Below, in pieces: positions 54,856-64,000 of a DNA stretch of 64,000 bases. Numbering within the stretch: the first letter of the stretch is position 1; every line of letters starts with the position of its first letter. Below the pieces are notes generated by a model. That model worked only from the letters and a program-made list of their open reading frames with translations. It searched no databases and was not told where the DNA came from. The stretch lies in the NCBI GenBank assembly GCA_964057225.1, contig OZ059895.1, positions 5,456,001 through 5,520,000 on the forward strand, written 5' to 3'. The DNA is from Auanema rhodensis. Its lineage: Eukaryota; Animalia; Nematoda. The position numbers and the translations under genes were made by a program.

Positions 54856-55420
54856 AAGATTTAGCACTCTGTTTATATAGAAACATTGGGTGATATACTA
54901 TCTGAGCTATAAAGCCATCTATATAATTTTGAAAATATATTCAAATACACGAATTTTTGAACAAAAAATGGAATAAAATTAAAAAAAAGAACTAAAAACA
55001 TAAATGTGTGGAAAGAAAAAGTGAATATTGAATGTCCAGACATTGAAAAATAGAATTTTAGAGCAAAAACGAGACCAACATGCTGAAAAGTGTTATGACA
55101 CGGCTTGATGTTGAAGGCTCACTTATCCAGGTGACTGCACCGACTTTGTTTCAAATTTTCAAGCATGAAGAAGGAGAAATGATTGAAACTAGAGAATAAG
55201 AAACTGAAAATTGGAGAGAAATATAGAGGGAGAGGAAGAAAGATACTGAGTGGAAAGAGAATGTGCATGTTCGAGTATTTTATATATGCTTTACCTGTAC
55301 TTCTTGTGAGATATCTGTAATGAAATTTCCAAAAGAAATGATATTTCATTAAAAAAAATGAAATTTGGATAATATAAGAAAGTTTGGAAATATTATAAAA
55401 GCCATTTCAGCAGATAAGAG

Positions 55421-55957
55421 ATGATACAAACAAGTGATGAAAGTGCAGACGATTGCAAGAAGCTGGAGGAAAATGCTGAAAAATGTTCGAAGAAGGGCAA
55501 TAACCGATAAGAATTAGAAATAAAGTAGGCAAAAGCTTTATGTCTTAAGAGTGTATTGAAGTAAAATAGAGATACATGATGCATATGTATATGAGGAGAA
55601 TAGTGGAAGGAAATACGGAATAGAATTCTGATGTCGCCAGACGACATGGAGCACACCGAATCAGAAGACTTTGAGTTTGCCAATCCAATTAAATTTCAAT
55701 TTTATTGGCTAGCTGATTTGGCTCCATCATCTACCCAAGCGCACTCCCTTCGTTTTCATACACAAAGAATGAATAGTTTAGATGATTGAACTCGGCAATT
55801 ATTGCCGACGGCACACTTTTTGGATTTTTTGAACAATTCGTTGTCACCTTACCAAGAACAGCGAGAATTTCAATATCTGAAACGAATGTTCGAGAGATGA
55901 AAAAGAAACATTTTATTGAAGCAGATTAAACACGAATACGAAGAGGAATTAAAGTAG
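55421..55957 (+). pseudogene. Possible decayed ORF (179 codons in one frame, 8 internal stops)
   Basis: WKEIRNRILMSPDDMEHTESEDFEFANP..LDFLNNSLSPYQEQREFQYLKRMFER*KRNILLKQIKHEYEEELK; the stop count is not clearly below chance. Confidence 0.2.
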
Positions 55958-57394
55958 TCTAAAAGAAAATATTATATAACATGATCAACTAGAAAATTTG
56001 CTAACACGTATGTTTCAAGTTAATAGAAACTTGAGAGAGAGAGAGAGAAGTAGCTTTTAATAGCCCGAAATTAATAGAAAGAAGATTTAAAAGAATAAAA
56101 TCATTTTATAAACGGATCGACTAGAAATTCTGCATATCACACAGCTGAGACACCAATTCTATCCATATGTATACATACTTTCAATAAGGTTTTTCATCTC
56201 TCCTTCCTTCCTGTTTCTCTATTCGTCTTTCTTCGACGTTCTCTTATTCCCATTTTTCCTATTTTCCTTCTTCTTCTTCATTTTTTGGTGATTCCACTCA
56301 TAGTGCTTCTATAGCTGGAGCATTTGCTAGCTTTTCCTCTATCTTTCTCTTTCTCTCTCATCATCAATCATATTTCGTTCCATGATCATTACCAAATATG
56401 AAAGTCCTTGAATTGTCAATGGCGCAAAATGCCTCAAAAACTAAAAAAAAAAAAGAAAAACTTCAATGAAAACTTTGATGTTCAATTGAGTTGTAAGAAT
56501 TCTTAAGAAAAGGTTTACAATTTCCTCTTCAAAACAATTATAAACCAGACACATAATTTGACTTTTAACAATGTTTATGAAAAAAAAATTAAATTCCAAG
56601 TTTAGAAATATAAGCATTTCGTATATGCTTTTGCTCATTCATTTTTCATGTTTTTGTTAAATTTTAGTTATACATATATAAATATAAATATATGTTTATA
56701 TACTATATATAGTATATATAAACATAAATAACAAAAATATAATAGTTTATATAGTTAGTCATAACAATATTAGCTTCAAGGTAAAAGAGATGAAAAGGAA
56801 AAAAATCTTTTTTTTTTTGAGTTTTCTTGTTCACCTGTGGAGCTTACTACATGCTTTCAGCTTTTCTATATCGCCAAAGTAAGCCTCTACATGTCTGTCA
56901 TGTAACTTCTGGAAGTAGCTCATTGACTACAAAGTATTCTCATGTATATGTGGCCGTGGGGAGGTAAAACACACAGAGACAACACTGAGGTGAATGGCAT
57001 TTGAGCTCTGAACTCATCATGTCTTTCGCAGCTCTATCGAACCAACGTCCAACAAAAAAATGAAAGAAAATCAGAAGGATTAGAAGTAAACGAATGAAAA
57101 AAAGATTTCTGAATGATTGAATATGAAGAACAAAATATGAAATGAATATATATATAGATTGTAAAAGATGATAAATAAAATTAAGAATATTATATTAAAA
57201 TAAAATAAAATTATAAAAGTTATAATATAATAATTTCTGATAGAATTATATATAAAAGATTAAATGAATAGAATTTCTAGTTTGTTAGAGATTTGAAACA
57301 TAAAAAATCAGAAAAGAACATCTGAAATTGATTGTCAAAAGTAATAAATAAGAAAAACAAGTAATATATTGAAAGAAGATAGAAAAAGAGGAAG

Positions 57395-57398
57395 AGAG

Positions 57399-57472
<74 letters not shown>
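57395..57472. repeat. (GA)n microsatellite
   Basis: Seen directly; more at 58715-58756 and 59338-59447. Confidence 0.95.
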
Positions 57473-57477
<5 letters not shown>

Positions 57478-59349
57478 GTGAATGCGGAAAAGATTGAAGA
57501 TTGAAGATGAGAAGGAGCAGAATAGCATGAATAGAGCAAAAATACGTAAATTGACCAGATATTTCAAATATAAAATATTGGCAAACCACAGAATAGAAGA
57601 GATATCGTTGTCTCAAACTGCTGGAATCAGAATGCTCAAAAAATAGTTAGAATCGGTGGAAGAAGAGCAAGAAAGAGAGGGAGATAGAGATAGAGAGAAG
57701 GAAGAGCCAAAAGTTTGAACAGGCAAGTAGACATCAGTGCTTCCTCGTGAAAGTGTCAGAGTACATCAGATAGCAAAAGAATCTAGAAAACCGGCTAATA
57801 AGGTAAAAAACACATTTTAAGAACGTGAGCTGCAAGAATTAGTATATACAAATTTCAATAAAGAACTTCTTTGAGGAAGAAAACAATGAAAAAACAAAAG
57901 AAAAAAGATTCTCGTTTAAGCCTAACTATGAATAAACACTTCATGAAACATGTATGAGCATGAAATGACATCTAAGAAGCCTAAGGTTGCTAAACTAATT
58001 GAATCTTTTCAAATTTGCCCTCCCCCCTTTCATTCTCTCCCACTCTCTCTCTATGTATATCTATATGCATATATCAATTTTTTTCTAAATCTTGTAGGTG
58101 AAAAACTGAAGCATATGAAAAGCTTCACTTAGTTAAGTTTTAAGTTTTCAAAATAATTTATTTTCTTAAAGCTCATGAACACAGAACAAGTACTTCTCAT
58201 TTCTTCTTTTTCCTTTTAAGAAGCAAATTTTAGCTGACGAGACTTTCCCTCTCTCTCTCACTCTATCTCTCTCTATTTCTCTTTTTTTTTCTTTTTCTCT
58301 CTAATTCTCTCTTACCTTTTCATTCACTATTACTCTTTGCAGCATAAAATTAAAAATTAAAAATAGATGTCAGAATGACATTGAATGATAATTACAAGTT
58401 GAACTAATTAAAAAATGTTTCAATAACTTGTTGATTTGTATAGCAAAATGTTGGAAGATACAGAGACAAAATGAAAAACTACGAAAGCTTATACTAGGAG
58501 ATATTGAAAAACCAGAGAAACTATGTTTTCTTTTTTTCTTTTATATAGTTATTTCTAGGTGACATGTTATTGTTCAATTTTAATATTAAAAATATATATT
58601 TATATTTATAAATCACAACAAAATAATAATATATAATTTCATTTAACCTTATTCAATAACAATCAGTGAAAAATGAAATAGGAAACATAAGCAGATAAAT
58701 AGAGAGAAAGAGTAAGAGAGAGAAAGAGAGAAAGAAAGAGAGAGAGAGAGAGAGAGAATAAGAGAAAAAGGGAAGGGAAGTGATAGACAAATGAATAAAT
58801 CACAAAACTCAATGTAGCATTTTTTGACACAAAAAAACATGGCCATACACTCTCTTTCCACTTGTTCAGATTCTTATGATTCCTTCCATGCTTTCCATTG
58901 AGGCATATGAGGTATCTAAGAAAAGAAAAAAAAATATGAAGAGAGATAGAGAAATACTAGTATGGCATAACGAAAACACCTATAGCTACTATGTTGAATA
59001 ACAGAAATAAAGTCTTTTTTTAGAGTTAAAAAAGTATTTTGAAATGTTGTCTCAAAATCAAGTGAGAGTGCAATACGATGATGAGTAGATACTGATGAAG
59101 TGGATAATAAGTCAGAAAGAATATGATCTTCAGTTGACATAGATACACAAAGTTGAGGAGAAGTCAAGTGATAAACTGTGTTGACGATGATAATAAGAAG
59201 GAGGAGAGAAAAGATGAATGTTTATTGAAGTACGATACATGTAATTGATTTAGTTATCTACATAATCTCTTAAAATATAAAGATCATTCACATATTCTAT
59301 ATTTTAACAAGAGACAGATAAACAATGATATTGATAAAGAGAGAGAGAG

Positions 59350-59408
<59 letters not shown>

Positions 59409-60882
59409 TACAGAGAGAGGGAGAGAGATACAAAGAGAGAGAGAGAGAAAATAATCTTGAAAAAAAATATTTTTGTAGTTTGAACCTCCTTCTGAAGTAC
59501 AAATTATTTTTAATTATAAGGATATAATTAGACATTTAGAGAGAAATTACATGCTTTTTCCAGAAATCAGTCATTTTTAATTAAATTTCCAAAAAAAAGA
59601 AGAGATTTGATACTCTTAGAATAAATTGTTCGAATAGTTTTTCAACAATGAAAGATTTGTTCAGATAAATGATATTATTTGAAATTATTTTTCATTTTCT
59701 ATTATTTCTAGAAAGATAGAGAGAGGGAGAAGCTGGAAAAGACAAAAAAAAGTTGTGCCCCCAAGGGAAAATTCAAGCCATACATGGAATCACATTATTA
59801 TTTCGTAAAGTAAAAACTAATTTGATTAAAAAAATAAAATGTTTCTCTCTCTCTGTGTTATTGGAAGGTTTTCTTCATCTTGCTTCCTCAATATTTTGAC
59901 AAACTTGTTGCATCTTTTGGCCTTGGCGAATGAGAAAATGTTCTAAGATTTATTGAGATCAGAACAAAATGTTGTGATATCAGGTGGTTGTTCTGTGTGT
60001 ATCAGTAAACGTAGTCAACAGTTCATTTCAACTGAAAGAAACTTTGTTTAAGCTGAAATTTCCTAAGATCATTCTTATCTTCTTAAGCATTTAAGCTAAC
60101 GACAACCCCATCTATAGTAGTTTCAATATTTGAAGCTTATGCTTAAGAAATATAAGTTTTGATAATCTTTTCCTTAAATCAATGTATAGATAGAAATGAT
60201 ATCATAATGATTAACCTAGTTATATTCCAAAACTGTATGACAACCTCCTTTATATGGTAAGATGCCCTCAGGATGAGGCGGGAAAGAAGAGGCGCTGTAC
60301 CTTTCAATTCAAAAAGACATAAGCTTTTGTAGTATTCTCTCTTTGTGATGTGAAGATATTCTTTATGATATTAGTTATTAGATGATTGTTTTTATACATA
60401 TAATTAATATAATTTCATATAATTTATTCTTTTTTTCCTTCTTTTTTTTCTATTTTTAACGATATGTGATAACCATTTTGAATTTTCTCTTCAACTGTCC
60501 TTGTCAACCACCAATATGGGCGGGGCTTCTGTAACAGAAAGGTGGCGCGGTTAACATGCCGCCCTCATTTTCTGTCCATCTCTCTCTCTATCTCATTCTC
60601 TCTCTCTCTATCTCACTCTCTCTGTCTTTTTATGTTTCTCTTCTCCAATTTGCTTTCATCTCTCTGCTACCCTACAGCATCAGCAACGAAAACGACGACT
60701 TCGAAGTCGTAGACGTCAACTGCCCTAAGACTATCTGTCCCACCCTCTATCGTTCTCTTTCTTTCCACCTCTCTCTCTCTCTCTCTCTCTCATCTATTTT
60801 CATTCCTCTTCTCCATCTCACACTTTGTGTCGTCCGCGATTCTGTGTGGTCTTCTCACTGTAGACTGTTCGTCTACCTGAAA

Positions 60883-60936
60883 ATGGCACAAAAACTATTA
60901 CTTCCCTTATTTCTATTTATATTTTCTATTACTCAG
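60883..60936 (+). CDS. First coding exon (signal peptide MAQKLLLPLFLFIFSITQ) of an unidentified secreted or membrane protein
   Basis: AAAATG context, hydrophobic 18-mer, CAG|GTAATT donor; upstream CTGTAG acceptor (~60863) and GC box GGGCGGGGC (~60518). Downstream exons not found in the window. Confidence 0.6.
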
Positions 60937-61949
60937 GTAATTTTCTTTTTAAGTATTTATTTCAATTTTCATATATCATTGTTATTTTCTTAAAAAGTTG
61001 TCTATACAAGTCCATTCTCCTGCTCTAACACCTCCTCCTCTTATTCTAGAATTTTGAGTTCTCTCTTTCCCTTGAGTCATATAAGCTATTATCAAAGTTT
61101 ACCATAGTATATTTTATTTTCTTCATTTTTTCTTTATAAAGAATTAACCGAATCCATTAATTCACTCTATGAAGATATTCTTGTTTAAGCTTATCTATGA
61201 ATAAACGACTCAACTTTTTCCACTCAAAGCCATTGTTTTATCTTTCTTTGGTCAATTTAAGCAATTCATGTATCCATTACCCTCTCCCCACCTTATATCT
61301 TCTGTTATACAATCTTTCACCATTATGATATAATCTAAGCTTTAATTGAAATTCTAGCCATCTTTCATCTGTACATTTGCAAGTTTTTTCCATTTTTTCT
61401 TCAAAAATTCCGATTTCACGCCCGAAGCTGTAAAGGTGCAAATCGTCTAAGAAGCATGTTCATCATAGTGAAAAATCCATCAATCTTCTTCATTGTTTTT
61501 TTGTTGTAACATTTGAAATTTCATTAATTCCTTTTAATGACTATCTTTTGCAATTCTTTCACTTTTTTCATCTTTTGTCACTTAAAATTTGAATTTCAAA
61601 AACGGAAATTCACATCGTTATGATATTCACATGAAAATAGATAATCATTATATCTATCATATAATGATTATCTATGCTGGATGATGATGAAGAAGAAGCC
61701 TATATTCACATAAATTGATGGCGTTATCTGTTCTTCGTTCAATTTGATGCTTATCTTGTCATCATATAGTATCAGTGTGACTTCTGAACGTTTTTCTTTG
61801 GCATCAACCAGACAATGGGTGATAACTGTTGCGTGTCGGCGTCGTTTTTTCTGATTCCGACTCGATTTTTCGGTTGAATAACCTTTCATCATTGTCCTCT
61901 TCTACTATTTCGTATCATGCTTGTTCTTTTTCCTCTTTCACACACACAC

Positions 61950-62077
<128 letters not shown>

Positions 62078-63368
62078 AATGTCATTTCTTTTTAATATTC
62101 TTCCAACTGTTGTCCGGAAAATTTGACTGAAACGTCAAACTATTCAAAACTTTTTAAAATATTTTTTCGTGTTAATATGAAATACCATCATCATGCCTCG
62201 TATTCAATCCAGAAAACAGCTTTGAACAATTGGAATGTATTAAAAGAAATTCTTTTCTATGAATTTCTACAATACTACTTGTCAAAGAAATTCTAATAAA
62301 CATATTATCCAAATAAGGTCTGAAACTTCATCTTACTAAGTGGGTTGATGCCACCACAGGATAACATACTATTAGGATGTCGACATGTTCTGACCTTCAA
62401 ACTTTTGGGTCGGTCCTATTCTAGAGCTTATACGCCTTGCTGACGTCCTTCAGGCAGTATTCTCGAATCACCCTCTTTCTTCGTATACGCCCTCTATTCC
62501 CTCTCTTTCTACTTTCCTACTCTGATCTCTCTCTCTCTTTCTCTCTCTTTCATTGGTTTGCTGTATTCTCGAGCTGACATGGTCAATAAAGTTTTTTTTG
62601 CGAACTTATCACAATCATTAACAGCCCATTGGTCAGAAAAATAAATAAATTTGGCGAGAAAATTGATTTGAAATAGTTTTGGCAATAGTTTGTCTCGTTT
62701 AATTTCAATCAACTATTAAAGTATAGTTATAATATAAAGAAAACATGATGGTAAAAATGATTAACAGCTTGATTCATCAGAAACATTTCCTATTTCCGAA
62801 TAATATTATTATCAAATTGCATTAACTGTAGAAAAAACAAACTTTTTCTTGTTTGAAAGTTTGTTATTAAGCATTGTGAAAGAAGTGTTTAACTATTTGT
62901 ATGTCTAGTTATAGTCAAGCTTTTAGAATGAATACTTAATGACTAATGACATATGATAGTGGACAACATATCAAATCTTAGTTAAAGATTGATTATGAAA
63001 ATAGATTTATTTGACATTTTCTTTAATTAGATTCTTAAAGAAATGAAAGGAAAATCATAGAATTGTGAATGATTACGTGATGTTGAAATGATAATGATGA
63101 GAGCTGGATTAATGGATATTGAATGTTTAGACGATCATAATCAACTATACGCATAGCAAAGAATAATATACCATTTTTCTATATCATCTCTTCATCATTT
63201 TCTTCACATAATCTCACTTTTCCACCTAATTTGGGTACTAATTTCACTTTTACCATCGAAAATAGATGCAACTTTTTCTAATATAGCCCAATTATCATCA
63301 ACAATCACAAAATCTAGTGATGATGTACCAAGAAGCAGAATATCGGCACATCTAGTTTCTATATTCTG

Positions 63369-63425
<57 letters not shown>

Positions 63426-64000
63426 CTTTAGTTCTATTAATTTTCTTAATTCTTCCTCTCTTTCATCAACTGCAACTGCATTTCACCTGCCCTCTTCGTC
63501 CCTTATTGTTCCGTTCCACTCATATAAACAACAATAACAACAACAGTAGCTTTTATCAAGAAAACTTTTATTAAGTACGAACAATTAGTGTTTGACACTT
63601 CATCAACTATAACTATGATGATGATGATTAGTAGTTGAACTTATATTTGTCATTTGATAATTGTTTGAGCTTGATGTTGAATAAGAACTAGACGGATGGT
63701 AGTATTCGGTCATTAACAGCTTAGCCAAACGTGGAAAACTAGATTTTCTCAAATCCGACTGTATATTACCCCTGAGGACAAATACAAATGCACATGTATC
63801 ATGTTGGATAGTCATGAAATTGTTTAATATCTATCATTAGAATGATGTAATTTCGTTAGTATTCGATAGGAAATAGTATAAAACGTGTTGTTTACAATGA
63901 TTCAAACTAGATATTGAGGGATAAAATACAAAAATATTATTGTTAACTTCAATAGTTTTCTTCAATTTTCTTTTTTTTTATGAAACATCTCCATACGTTC

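Overview
This is AT-rich eukaryotic genomic DNA from a rhabditid (clade V-like) nematode, judged from the ~45-50 nt introns, TTTCAG-type trans-splice acceptors and proteins close to C. elegans orthologs; the species cannot be named. A compact housekeeping block (6.2-21.3 kb) holds trpp-8/TRAPPC8, vha-10 and ubl-5 (tandem, operon-like), idha-1 with a divergent LysM-TM gene (lmd-1-like), a PWWP/MUM1-like gene and lamin lmn-1. An ~18 kb gene-poor, (CT/GA)n-rich stretch then leads into a DUSP14/21-like phosphatase, which converges on mctp-1 (3 C2 domains, several alternative 5' exons). Single exons of other genes sit near both window edges. Gene models were spliced by hand, so internal boundaries may be off by a few nt. 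The main second-look items are: frequent AAG 3' splice sites plus a GC donor; a nested perfect palindrome in an mctp-1 intron; four stop-interrupted but largely frame-preserved fossil ORFs; gene-oriented (CT)n polarity; and three full CRE sites upstream of the DUSP. No clearly new biological system could be demonstrated from sequence alone.
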